Assembly (NCBI GenBank): GCA_963704725.1
Contig: OY969934.1
Coordinates: 928,001-992,000, forward strand
From: an uncultured Actinomycetes bacterium
GTDB lineage: Bacteria > Actinomycetota > UBA4738 > HRBIN12
Reading direction: 5' to 3'
DNA: 64,000 nt
Shown: one piece after another, positions 47,657 to 56,947 of the stretch
How positions within the stretch are numbered: the first letter of the stretch is position 1
How the letters are laid out: each line of letters starts with the position of its first letter
Made by a program: the position numbers and the translations under genes
Notes under the pieces: generated by a model
Databases searched by the model: none
The model's input: only the letters and a program-made list of their open reading frames with translations
What the model was told of the DNA's origin: nothing

Positions 47657-48295
47657 ATGCGCACTCGAACGATGACCACGACGGCCCTCGGACCGGTGGC
47701 ACTGGGCTCGCCGAGCCCGCAGAAGATCCGCTGGGGTGCGGTGTTCGGTGGGGCGGTGCTCGGCACGGCGCTGTTGGCGCTGCTCGCGACGCTGTGGTTC
47801 GCCCTGGCCTACGGCTCGGAGGTCGACCGGATCCGAACGAACCTGGAGTGGTACATCGGGGGGTCGGCGATCGCGAGCCTGTTCGTCGCCGGCCTCCTCG
47901 CCGGCTGGCTCTCGGGCGTCCACGGCGCAGGTTCCGGGTTCTTCAACGGCGTGACCATCTGGGGGTTGATGCTGCTGATCACCGTGACCGTCGGCGTCCC
48001 GGCCGTCCTGAACGTCCTGAACGTCGGCCGCGTCACGCCGATCGACACGTCGACGTTCGGCCTGCTCGACCCCAGGGCCGACACGGTGTTGTGGGCGTCG
48101 TTCGCCGCGATCGTCGGCGGGCTCCTCGCCTCCGGGCTCGGCGGCGCGATCGGAGGGGCCGTGACGCGCCCGGCCAACGCGCGACTCGTGGACGATGCCG
48201 TGGCCCGGCAGGGTGTGGGGCAGGAGCGGCCCGCCCGGCCGGACACCCGCACGATCGTCGTTCCCCAGGACGAGGACGAGCGGATCTCGACCTGA
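47657..48295 (+). CDS. hypothetical four-TM membrane protein
   Basis: GAAGGAGG RBS, IRWGAVFGG, four hydrophobic segments, GGAIGG. Confidence 0.8.
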   Translation: MRTRTMTTTALGPVALGSPSPQKIRWGAVFGGAVLGTALLALLATLWFALAYGSEVDRIRTNLEWYIGGSAIASLFVAGLLAGWLSGVHGAGSGFFNGVTIWGLMLLITVTVGVPAVLNVLNVGRVTPIDTSTFGLLDPRADTVLWASFAAIVGGLLASGLGGAIGGAVTRPANARLVDDAVARQGVGQERPARPDTRTIVVPQDEDERIST

Positions 48296-48317
48296 GCGGC
48301 GAACCGGTGGAGCACGC

Positions 48318-48347
48318 AGGGTCCGGCTCGGTGCCGAGCCGGACCCT
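48318..48347. terminator. perfect GC hairpin between convergent genes
   Basis: AGGGTCCGGCTCG-GTGC-CGAGCCGGACCCT. Confidence 0.65.
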
Positions 48348-48386
48348 TGGCGTCCGACGAGGCAGGCCACCGCCCTTCGCGGCCGG

Positions 48387-49307
48387 TCAGGCCGGGCGTA
48401 GGACGGCCGACATCGCCGCGATGTCGTCCGGCGTCGTGCCGCAGCAGCCGCCGATCAATCGGGCGCCCGCGTCCCGCCACTCGAGCGGACGGAGCGCGGG
48501 CCGGGGATCGGAGCGAGGCGGTGGATCGACCCACTCCTTGCGGATCGGATCCCAGAACGCGCCGCGGTTGGGGTAGCAGACGACGGGCCGGCCCGAGGAC
48601 GCCGCGATCTCGACCAGCGAGCGGACGTGCAACGGCGAGGTGCAGTTGACCCCCAGGGCGACGACCGAGGACGACGACGCCGCCACCTCGACCGCTCGTT
48701 CGAACGGCGTGCCGTCGCACAGCCGAGCCCCGTCTCTGCAGCTGAAGCTCATCCACGCCGGCACCCCGGGGACGCCCTCCAGCGCGCGGACGAACGCACC
48801 GGCCTCGACGATCGACGGGATCGTCTCGAGCGCGAAGACGTCGGGCTCGGCCTCGGCGAGCGCCTCGAGCCGCGGCGCGTGGAACCCCACCAACCCATCG
48901 GCCCGCAGGTCGTAGCGGCCCGTGTACTCGGCGCCGTTGCCCAGGAACGCGCCGTACGGACCGACGGAGGCCGCGACGAAGCGGCGGCCGGCGAAGCCGG
49001 CGGCCGCCTCACGGGCCAGCTCCACGCTGCGGCGGAACAGGGCGGCCGCCTCGGCCCGGCCCAGACCCCGCGCCTGCAGGCCCGCGAAGCTCGCCTGGTA
49101 GCTGGAGGAGATCGCGACGTCGGCGCCGGCCGCGAAGTAGGCGGCGTGCACGTCGCGCACGACGTCAGGGGACTCGACGAGGGCCCGGGCAGACCACAGC
49201 GGGTCGCGCAGGTCGACGCCGCGGCGATCCAGCTCGGTCCCCAGACCGCCGTCGAGAACGACGAGGCCGCCGCCGGCCAGCAACGCGTCGAAGGGTGAGG
49301 TGACCAC
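48387..49307 (-). CDS. mmuM: homocysteine S-methyltransferase
   Basis: LDGGLGTEL, LWSA, SVGPYGA..G.EYTGRY, ETIP, GVNC, YPN and IGGCCGT motifs. TAGGCT box 7 nt upstream of the GTG. Confidence 0.93.
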   Translation of the reverse strand: MVTSPFDALLAGGGLVVLDGGLGTELDRRGVDLRDPLWSARALVESPDVVRDVHAAYFAAGADVAISSSYQASFAGLQARGLGRAEAAALFRRSVELAREAAAGFAGRRFVAASVGPYGAFLGNGAEYTGRYDLRADGLVGFHAPRLEALAEAEPDVFALETIPSIVEAGAFVRALEGVPGVPAWMSFSCRDGARLCDGTPFERAVEVAASSSSVVALGVNCTSPLHVRSLVEIAASSGRPVVCYPNRGAFWDPIRKEWVDPPPRSDPRPALRPLEWRDAGARLIGGCCGTTPDDIAAMSAVLRPA

Positions 49308-49367
49308 GTCCCGAAGCCTACGCGCCGCACCCACGAGCCACCGCCGGCGACCGGTACGCTTGGATGC

Positions 49368-50429
49368 GTGACCACCGTCTACGACCTCTCGCTCGACCAG
49401 CTCACCGAGCGCCTCGGCGCGTGGGACGAGCCGGCCTTCCGGGCCAAGCAGGTGTACCGGCAGCTCTGGCATCGCGCGGCGACCTACGAGCGGATGCCGG
49501 ACGTCCCCAAGCGCCTGCGCGAACGCCTGCGGGCCGAGCTCCCCATCGAGGTCGAGGTCCTGGCGGAGCGCGAGGCCGACCGAGGGGCGACCCGCAAAGC
49601 CCTGCTGCGGCTGGGAGGCCGCCACGTGATCGAGACGGTCCTCATGGGCTATCGCGACCGCGCGACGGTCTGCGTGTCGACCCAGTCGGGTTGCGCCATG
49701 GGTTGCGGGTTCTGCGCCACCGGACAGATGGGGTTGCAGAACAACCTGACGGCGGGCGAGATGGCCGCGCAGGTCCTGTGGGGCAAGCGCGAGGCGGCGC
49801 GGCTCCCCTCGTCGACGCCGCGCCGGCTCACGAACGTCGTGTTCATGGGGATGGGCGAGCCGCTCGCCAACGAGCGTCACACGTTCGGCGCGCTCGAGCG
49901 GCTCACCGACCCGAGCGCGATGGGTCTGGGAGACCGGCACGTGACGGTCTCGACCGTCGGTGTGGTTCCGGGCATCGCCCGGCTCGGCGAGCGCTTCCCC
50001 CAGGTCGGGCTGGCCGTGAGCCTGCACGCGGCCACCGACGAGCTCCGCGGCGAGCTCGTGCCGGCCAACCGGCTGTGGCCCTTGGCGGTGCTGGAGGACG
50101 CGATCGCCGCCTGGCGCGACCGGACGCACCGCCGCCCGTCGATCGAGTGGGCGATGATCGACCGGACGAACGACACGATCGACCAGGCGGAGCGTCTCGT
50201 CCCGATCGCGTTGCGCCTGCACGCGCACGTCAACCTCATCCCGCTGAACCCGACGCCGGGGTGGCCGACGAAACCGAGTCCCTCCGACCGCATCCACGGG
50301 TTCGCCCACGTCCTGGAGGACGCGGGCGTCACGGTCACCGTGCGGGACACCCGGGGGCGCGAGATCCAGGCCGCGTGCGGCCAGCTGCACGCGGAGATCG
50401 AGGGCGGGCAGGCCGCGGCGGTCCGCTAG
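49368..50429 (+). CDS. rlmN: 23S rRNA (A2503-C2)/tRNA dual-specificity methyltransferase, radical SAM
   Basis: CVSTQSGCAMGCGFCATG, FMGMGEP, VSLHA, NLIPLN and AACGQL motifs. Confidence 0.96.
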   Translation: MTTVYDLSLDQLTERLGAWDEPAFRAKQVYRQLWHRAATYERMPDVPKRLRERLRAELPIEVEVLAEREADRGATRKALLRLGGRHVIETVLMGYRDRATVCVSTQSGCAMGCGFCATGQMGLQNNLTAGEMAAQVLWGKREAARLPSSTPRRLTNVVFMGMGEPLANERHTFGALERLTDPSAMGLGDRHVTVSTVGVVPGIARLGERFPQVGLAVSLHAATDELRGELVPANRLWPLAVLEDAIAAWRDRTHRRPSIEWAMIDRTNDTIDQAERLVPIALRLHAHVNLIPLNPTPGWPTKPSPSDRIHGFAHVLEDAGVTVTVRDTRGREIQAACGQLHAEIEGGQAAAVR

Positions 50430-50461
50430 CGTCCCGAACCCGGCTGCTACGGTGGTCGGTC

Positions 50462-52081
50462 ATGGGGTTCCTCGAGCTCACCGACGTCTCCTACGCGCTC
50501 CCCGGGGGGTGGACCCTGTTCGAGGGCGTGAGCTTCCGGGTGCCCGACGGCGAGCACGCCGCGCTCGTGGGTGCGAACGGGATCGGCAAGTCCACGCTGT
50601 TGCGGATCGTCGGCGGGCTCGAGGTGCCGAGCTCCGGGGTGGTGCGCGCGACGGGACGAGTGGGCCTGATGCGGCAGTTCATCGGCTCGGCCTCGACGCC
50701 GACCACCGTGCGCGCCTTCCTCCTCGCGTACGCCGAGCCGCGGGTCGCCGAGGCCGCCGAGCGCGTGTCCCGCGCCGAGCGGTGGATGCACGACCATCAG
50801 ACCGAGGAGGCCCAGCTCCGGTACGCGGAGGCCCTGGCCCACTGGGGCGACGCCGGCGGGTACGAGGCCGAGGTGGTGTTCGACCACTGCACGCACGCGG
50901 CGTTCGGGCAGGGGTATCCGGAGTGCGCGGGGCGGCGGATCGAGACGCTCTCGGGGGGCGAGCGCAAGCGGCTGGCGCTCGAGGTGATCTTCCGCTCGCC
51001 GTTCGACGTCGTCCTGCTCGACGAGCCCGACAACACGCTCGACATCGAGGGCAAGCGATGGCTCGAGGACACCGTGAACGCCTCGGCCAAGACGATCCTC
51101 ATGGTGAGCCACGACCGGGCGGTGCTCGACCGCACCTGCGCCCGCATCGTGACGCTGGAGGGCAAGGCGGCGTGGACCCACGCCGGCCCGTTCTCGACGT
51201 ACGCGCAGGCGCGCGACGACCGCGTCGACCGGCTCGACGAGGACCATCGCCGCTTCCAGGAGGAGCGGACACGGCTCGTCGAGATGATCAAGGAGATGAG
51301 GCGCAAGGCGGCGTACAACGACGGATGGGCGTCGAAGGCCCGTTCGGCCGAGCACCGTCTCGAGCGTTTCGAGGACCGGAACGCCCCTCCGGCCAAGCCG
51401 GAGGTGCAGGACGTGCGGATGCGGATCCCCGGCGGCAGGACGGGCAAGGTCGCGCTCCGGATCCGCGGCGTGGCGATCGCGGACATCGTGCAGCCGTTCG
51501 ACGTCGAGATATGGTTCGGGGAACGGCTGGGCGTGATCGGGCCGAACGGAACCGGCAAGACGCATTTCCTCCGTCTGCTCGCCGGCGAGCCCGTCGCGCA
51601 CACAGGAGAGTGGAAGCTCGGGGCGCGGGTCGAGCCGGCGCTGTTCGCGCAGCTGCACGAGCGCTCCGACCTCGCCGACCGATCGATCCTGGAGGTCCTG
51701 CGCGCCCGCGGCCTCGCGATGACCGAGTCCATGGCCGCACTGCGGCGGTACGAGCTCGACCGGGCCGCGCAGAACCCGTTCGAGCTCCTGTCGGGCGGGC
51801 AGCAGGCGCGGTTCCAGCTCCTGTTGATGGAGGTGGACTCGCCGACGATGCTGCTGCTCGACGAGCCAACGGACAACCTCGACGTGGCCTCGGCCGACGC
51901 GCTGGAGGAGGCGGTCCGGCGGTACGAGGGCACCGTGATCGCGGTGACGCACGACCGCTGGTTCATGCGCCGCATGGACCGATTCCTCTTCTTCGACCAG
52001 GACGGAACCGTGCGCGAGCTGCTCGAGTCCCCCTACGAGCGCCCGGACAGCGAGACCGTGGGCGCCGCCGACCGTGGGTGA
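50462..52081 (+). CDS. ABC-F family ATP-binding protein
   Basis: Two NBDs (GANGIGKST/LSGGE/LLDEP and GPNGTGKT/LSGGQ/LLDEPT), inter-domain linker, no TM segment. Confidence 0.93.
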   Translation: MGFLELTDVSYALPGGWTLFEGVSFRVPDGEHAALVGANGIGKSTLLRIVGGLEVPSSGVVRATGRVGLMRQFIGSASTPTTVRAFLLAYAEPRVAEAAERVSRAERWMHDHQTEEAQLRYAEALAHWGDAGGYEAEVVFDHCTHAAFGQGYPECAGRRIETLSGGERKRLALEVIFRSPFDVVLLDEPDNTLDIEGKRWLEDTVNASAKTILMVSHDRAVLDRTCARIVTLEGKAAWTHAGPFSTYAQARDDRVDRLDEDHRRFQEERTRLVEMIKEMRRKAAYNDGWASKARSAEHRLERFEDRNAPPAKPEVQDVRMRIPGGRTGKVALRIRGVAIADIVQPFDVEIWFGERLGVIGPNGTGKTHFLRLLAGEPVAHTGEWKLGARVEPALFAQLHERSDLADRSILEVLRARGLAMTESMAALRRYELDRAAQNPFELLSGGQQARFQLLLMEVDSPTMLLLDEPTDNLDVASADALEEAVRRYEGTVIAVTHDRWFMRRMDRFLFFDQDGTVRELLESPYERPDSETVGAADRG

Positions 52082-53030
52082 AGCCATCCGGACGCCACGA
52101 CGCGCCGTCGCGCTGGGGGTGCTGGCCGCGCTCCTTGCGAGCTGCGTGTCCTCCGACGCCGCCACGAGGACGAGTGGACCGACGACGTCCGTGCGCTCGG
52201 CGACCGGAACGACCGGGTCCCCGTCGCCCTCGCCATCGCCGTCTCCCGGGCCGGACGACGGGCTGCCCGACCCCGATCAGGAGGTGCCGCTCGGCGGGGC
52301 GGCGCTCGCCCGCGCCCTGCGGGCGACCTTCTCCGCCAACCGCGAGGCGATCGAGCGCTGGGTCGGGCAGGGCGATCCGTCGTCGTGGCCGCCGCCCGAC
52401 GACGCCGTGCTGCTGACGCTGTACGAGCAGCGCATCTACCGCGTCCTCGCGGCGCACGCCAAGCTCGCGGAACGCGTGCTCGCTCGCCTGGAGGGCCCGG
52501 CGGCGAGGGAGGCCACCGCGAACGTCGTCGCCGGGCACGCGCTGTTCGAGCACTCCGTGCCGGTGCAGGAGGTGCCGGACTTCCGGATCCGCCGGCCCGA
52601 GCCGGCCGCGGCGCTGCTCGGGTACTTCCGCGAGGCCGAGACGCGCTTCGGCGTCGACTGGGAGCTGCTCGCGGCGATCATGCTGGTCGAGACGCGGATG
52701 GGCCGCATCCACTCGCGGAGCTCGGCGGGCGCCCAGGGTCCCATGCAGTTCCTCCCGTCGACGTGGGAGGCGTACGGGATGGGGGGCGACGTCCACGACG
52801 CGCACGATGCGGTCCTCGGCGCCGCGAACTACCTGCACGCGAGCGGCGCGCCCGCCGACGACCACGCCGCCCTGTACGCCTACAACCCGGTGCACGCCTA
52901 CGTGACCGCGGTGTCCCGGTACGCCGCGGTGATGTCCCGCTCGCCCGACGCCTACTACGCGTACTACGACTGGCAGGTGTTCGTGCGGACGGTCGACGGC
53001 GACATCCGCCTCTCCGGGCCCGGCCTGTAG
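52074..53030 (+). CDS. lytic transglycosylase (SLT) lipoprotein
   Basis: Lipobox LASC, catalytic LAAIMLVET, SSAGAQGPMQF, AANYL and AYN motifs. Confidence 0.9.
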   Translation: MGEAIRTPRRAVALGVLAALLASCVSSDAATRTSGPTTSVRSATGTTGSPSPSPSPSPGPDDGLPDPDQEVPLGGAALARALRATFSANREAIERWVGQGDPSSWPPPDDAVLLTLYEQRIYRVLAAHAKLAERVLARLEGPAAREATANVVAGHALFEHSVPVQEVPDFRIRRPEPAAALLGYFREAETRFGVDWELLAAIMLVETRMGRIHSRSSAGAQGPMQFLPSTWEAYGMGGDVHDAHDAVLGAANYLHASGAPADDHAALYAYNPVHAYVTAVSRYAAVMSRSPDAYYAYYDWQVFVRTVDGDIRLSGPGL

Positions 53031-53058
53031 CGGACCCGAGCGGTACAGTCGCGGCACG

Positions 53059-54570
53059 GTGACGTCGGCCACCAGGACCCGCGCCCTCGCGCTCGGCGCG
53101 TCCATCGCCTCCTTCCTGTTCGTCGCGGTGGTTGCCGCCTCGCCCGGATCCCCCTTCACGCCGGTCCTGCCGGAGGGCGGTCGCGCCGGGGGACCGTTCC
53201 GATGGCTGGCCGGGGTCGTCGGGTTCGACGCCGTCCACGGCAACGCGCTCGCCGCCGTGGGCGTCCTGGCCGTCGCGCTGGCGGCGGCCTCGTTCCTCCT
53301 CGTCCTGCGGGCGGCGTGGCACGGAGCGGTCTCGCCGCGAACCGTGGTGGTGCTCGCGGTCGCGTACCACGCCGCGCTGCTCCTTCTGCCCCTGCTGTTC
53401 TCGCGGGACGTCTACTCGTACGCCGCGTACGGCCGGATCGCCGCACACCACTCGGCCAACCCGTACGTCGCGACGCCGGCCGACTATCCCGGCGACGCGA
53501 TCGCGCGGTTCGTGGGCCCGAAGTGGTTCGACACGCCGGCCGTGTACGGACCGCTGTGGACGCAGATCTCGGCGCTCGTCGTCCGCGTCGCGAGCGGCGT
53601 GGCCTCCTCCGTCGTGGTCTTCCGCGCGATCGCCGTCGCGGCGAGCCTCGGGACGATCGCCGTCGTGTCCCGGCTCGTCCGGCGGGAGCGGCCCGCCCGC
53701 GAGGCGTTCGCGATCGCGATCATCGGGCTGAATCCGCTCGTGCTGTTCCAGAGCGTGGCCAGCGGCCACAACGACCTGCTGGTGGCGCTGGCGGTCGCGG
53801 CGGCCCTGGCGCTGGTCTTCGCCCGGCGTCACCTGCTGGCCACCGCGGCGCTGACGCTCGGCGCGTTGATCAAGGTCACCGCGGCCGTCCCGCTGGCGCT
53901 CCTGGTGGTGGCGGTGGTCGCCTCCCGGCCGAGGGGGACGCGTGGGCGCGAACTCGCCAAGCACGTCGGTGTCGCCGGCGGTCTCGGGCTGCTCGCCGCG
54001 GGCCCGTTCCTGAACACGCGGGATCCCTCGCTCGGCATGTTCGAGCTCGCCGGCCACGAGGGATGGCTCGCGCCGTCGCGGTTCTTCCGCCGGGCGTTCG
54101 ACGCGCTCTCGGGGGGAGCGCTCGGCTTCGTCCCGCGGATCGTGCTCCCGGCCCTCCTGCTCGGCGCGCTCCTGCTCGTCGCCCGGGACCTCGTCCGGCG
54201 CGCGCCGGCCGGGCCGGCCGAGATCGGGGCCGCGTGGGGCTGGGGCCTGTCGTGCCTGATGCTGCTCGGGCCGGTGCTGCTGCCCTGGTACGTGACGTGG
54301 ACGCTGCCCGTGGCCTGGCTGCTGCCGCGAACGCCGCGCGCCGTCCTGCTCGGATCCGGCCTCGCCCTCACGGTCTCCCAGTGGACGACCGAGCCGGGGG
54401 GGTTCGCGAGCGCGTACGACGCGAACCTGTTCCTCGGCCACTACGTCCTGACGCCGGTGGTGATCGCGCTGCTGGGCTGGCTACTCGTCGACCTGTGGCG
54501 ACGGTCTCGCGACGGCGCGTCGCTCCAGGATGCGCCACACGAGGTAGCCGCCACCGCCGGCGAGGCCTGA
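53059..54570 (+). CDS. GT-C glycosyltransferase (MptA/MptB-like alpha-1,6-mannosyltransferase family)
   Basis: FSRDVYSY, NPY, YGPLW, NPL, GHND, IK and LLPWY motifs; many TM segments. Confidence 0.88.
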   Translation: MTSATRTRALALGASIASFLFVAVVAASPGSPFTPVLPEGGRAGGPFRWLAGVVGFDAVHGNALAAVGVLAVALAAASFLLVLRAAWHGAVSPRTVVVLAVAYHAALLLLPLLFSRDVYSYAAYGRIAAHHSANPYVATPADYPGDAIARFVGPKWFDTPAVYGPLWTQISALVVRVASGVASSVVVFRAIAVAASLGTIAVVSRLVRRERPAREAFAIAIIGLNPLVLFQSVASGHNDLLVALAVAAALALVFARRHLLATAALTLGALIKVTAAVPLALLVVAVVASRPRGTRGRELAKHVGVAGGLGLLAAGPFLNTRDPSLGMFELAGHEGWLAPSRFFRRAFDALSGGALGFVPRIVLPALLLGALLLVARDLVRRAPAGPAEIGAAWGWGLSCLMLLGPVLLPWYVTWTLPVAWLLPRTPRAVLLGSGLALTVSQWTTEPGGFASAYDANLFLGHYVLTPVVIALLGWLLVDLWRRSRDGASLQDAPHEVAATAGEA

Positions 54571-56259
54571 GACCGCCCACGCGCCGGCTCCGGAGTCGAT
54601 CCGGATCCCCACCCGGTCGAGCGCCACCGCCCCGAGCACCAAGGCGGCCGCTCCGACCGCGGGGGCGAGCGCCCCGGCGGTGAGGGAGTCGGGCGTCGCG
54701 GTCCTGGCCCAGCCGAACCCCACCGCGAACAGCCACGCCAGCGCCAGGACGCTCGACAGGGCGATGCCGGCCGGCGAGGCAGGCTCGAGGGGGTCCACGG
54801 GCCGCGACGCCGGGACGTCGGAGGCACCGATCGCGTCGGCGCCGCCGACGGCCTCGTCGACCGGATCGAACGGCGCCAGGATGAACACCTGCGCGGGGCG
54901 GCCGGAGGTGCGCTCGGCCGCCGCCACGTCCCTCGCCGTGAGCCGGCCGAGGGCGCGGCGCTCCGGCTTGGCGCCGTCGGTCGCCGGCGGGACGAGGACG
55001 ATCACGTCGCGGATCCGATCGGGGGGAACGCTCGCGCGGATCACGTTGCCTGCCCGGGTGGCCAGGAACCCCAGCGGGTCGTCTCGGTCGTTGACGAGGA
55101 ACGCGAGCGGCACGCCGTGGTCGAGGCGCGCCGCCGCGGCGTTCGCGACCGTCGCGGCTCGGACCTCGGCGACGGACAGGAACGGTTCCTGGCGGTTCCA
55201 GGCGATGAAGGCGCCGGCGAGCATGGCCGCCGTGACGGCGCCGACCGCGGCGACGGCCACCGCCCGCCGCGCGGACCGGCCGGCCGTCACCCGGACGAGC
55301 CCCACCCCGGCCAGGATCGGGACGACGAAGCCGAACGTCACAAACCGGTCGGCGGGGAACCACCCCGTGGCCAGGCCGACCGCCACCCCGCCCGCGGTCG
55401 CGAGCGCCCACACGCCGAGGAAGCGACCGAGGAACCCCTCGAGGCGGCCGACCCCGAACGCGGCGAGCGGCACCGAGGCCCACTGCACATAGCGTGCCCA
55501 GCGGTGCACGAACCGGTCGGCGTACAGGGCGCGGAGGTCGCCGCCGAGACCCGCCCGGCGCAGGAACGCGTCGCGCGAGGTGTCGGCCCGGGCGGGCGGG
55601 GGCCCGGCCAGCAGCCACAGGAACCCCACGCCGGCGATCGCCGCCCCGCCGAGCACCGCGCCGCCGACCCGGACCGCCTCACGGCGATCGCGCCGCCAGG
55701 CGGTCGCGGCGGTGAGCCCAAGGACGGCAAGCCCGAGCAGGAAGAACAGGGGGTGGGCGAGCCCGCCCGCCGCCAGGCAGCCCGCGGCGATCCAGGCGCC
55801 CCGCCGCCGCCCCTCGGCCAGCGCCGCCGCGGCTGCGAGGAAGGCCGCCGCGTCGATCAGGTTGGCCACGTAGCCGGCCGCGAGGTGCACGGCGAAGGTC
55901 CCGGCGAGCCCACCGGCCAGGAGCCACTCGGCCCGGTTCCTCCGCCCCCGCACCAGCGCGGCCGAGGCGAGCCCGATCGCGACGCCGAGCGCGACCTCCA
56001 ACGCCGCCACCGCCTGGACAACGCTCCGGCCGAGCGCCCCCTGCACCACGAGCGCCAGGGCCGGCGCCCCCGCGCGGCGCCCCACCGCCGACAGGCCCTC
56101 CTCACCGGCCAGGCGCGTCCACCACAGGTACACCGGCGCGTCGGGCCCGAGCGGGAAGCGGAGCCCGTGCGCGAGGAACGGCCACAGGAACCAGGCGAGC
56201 AGGACCGCGGCGAGCGCGAGGAGGAGGGCTCCCTCGATCCGCGACCGGGGCGCGTCGAT
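54481..56259 (-). CDS. polytopic membrane protein (possible GT-C fold); start codon uncertain
   Basis: Many TM segments. The first TM and the FPLGPDAPVY loop lie upstream of the first canonical start (GTG 56133). 3' end overlaps the convergent GT-C gene by 90 nt. Confidence 0.65.
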   Translation of the reverse strand: MDAPRSRIEGALLLALAAVLLAWFLWPFLAHGLRFPLGPDAPVYLWWTRLAGEEGLSAVGRRAGAPALALVVQGALGRSVVQAVAALEVALGVAIGLASAALVRGRRNRAEWLLAGGLAGTFAVHLAAGYVANLIDAAAFLAAAAALAEGRRRGAWIAAGCLAAGGLAHPLFFLLGLAVLGLTAATAWRRDRREAVRVGGAVLGGAAIAGVGFLWLLAGPPPARADTSRDAFLRRAGLGGDLRALYADRFVHRWARYVQWASVPLAAFGVGRLEGFLGRFLGVWALATAGGVAVGLATGWFPADRFVTFGFVVPILAGVGLVRVTAGRSARRAVAVAAVGAVTAAMLAGAFIAWNRQEPFLSVAEVRAATVANAAAARLDHGVPLAFLVNDRDDPLGFLATRAGNVIRASVPPDRIRDVIVLVPPATDGAKPERRALGRLTARDVAAAERTSGRPAQVFILAPFDPVDEAVGGADAIGASDVPASRPVDPLEPASPAGIALSSVLALAWLFAVGFGWARTATPDSLTAGALAPAVGAAALVLGAVALDRVGIRIDSGAGAWAVSGLAGGGGYLVWRILERRAVARPSPQVDE

Positions 56260-56265
56260 CGCCGG

Positions 56266-56847
56266 CTACCCCGCGGCCTCGAACGACACGGTGGCGGCGA
56301 CGGCGACGCCCTGATCGCTCGTCAGCTCGTCGCACCGCACGGACCCGGCGAGTTCGCCCGGCCGCGCGACGTCGATCGTGACGGCGCACTCCCCGTCCAT
56401 CGACAGGAAGGTCAGGATCCGGCCGCCGGCCTGCGCCGTCAGCGAGATCGTCAGCGTCGGCGACGTCGTCCGCGTGCCGGTGAAGCTCTGGCCGCCGATC
56501 CCGAGCGTGCTCGCGTCCGCGCCGCCGGCCGTCCAGACCATGGCGAGCCCGCCGGGGGGCGGCGTGTACACGGCCGTGACGAGCACCGGCAGCGTCTTGC
56601 GCGTCTGGATCCCGCCCGAGAGCTCGAACTCGGCCAGGCCACCGGACAGGTCGCCCGTGCCCGCCCCCGGCGAGGACGTCGGGAGGGGACTCGCGGAGCC
56701 CGTCGTGCCGGTCGGCCCGGTGAGCGGCGACGTCGTTCCCGACGGGAACGCCGAGGTCGGGCCGCGCGGCGGCGCCTCGTCCGAGCTCGCACACGCGGAG
56801 AGCAGGACGATCGCGACGAGGGAGAGCGGAAGGCGACGCGTCTTCAC
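56266..56847 (-). CDS. hypothetical lipoprotein
   Basis: GGAGGA RBS, VKTRRL..VLLSAC lipobox, Pro/Thr/Ser linker, beta-rich domain with two Cys. Confidence 0.8.
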   Translation of the reverse strand: MKTRRLPLSLVAIVLLSACASSDEAPPRGPTSAFPSGTTSPLTGPTGTTGSASPLPTSSPGAGTGDLSGGLAEFELSGGIQTRKTLPVLVTAVYTPPPGGLAMVWTAGGADASTLGIGGQSFTGTRTTSPTLTISLTAQAGGRILTFLSMDGECAVTIDVARPGELAGSVRCDELTSDQGVAVAATVSFEAAG

Positions 56848-56947
56848 CAAGGGTCCTCCGGGCGCGGCGAACGTATCACGGGCTCGCGGCGTCACCGGGC
56901 ACAAGGCGGATCGGTCGCATCGGCACGCACTGCTAGCATCGGCGCGC

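Noticed and set aside
49364-52081. 905-aa ORF as an extended ABC-F
   Set aside because: The N-terminal part is an off-frame read of rlmN. The true start is ATG 50462, with its own -10 box.
49368-52081. cfr plus ARE ABC-F antibiotic resistance pair
   Set aside because: The methyltransferase looks like housekeeping RlmN in a core-gene context, with no mobile element or leader peptide. Resistance cannot be supported without a phylogeny.
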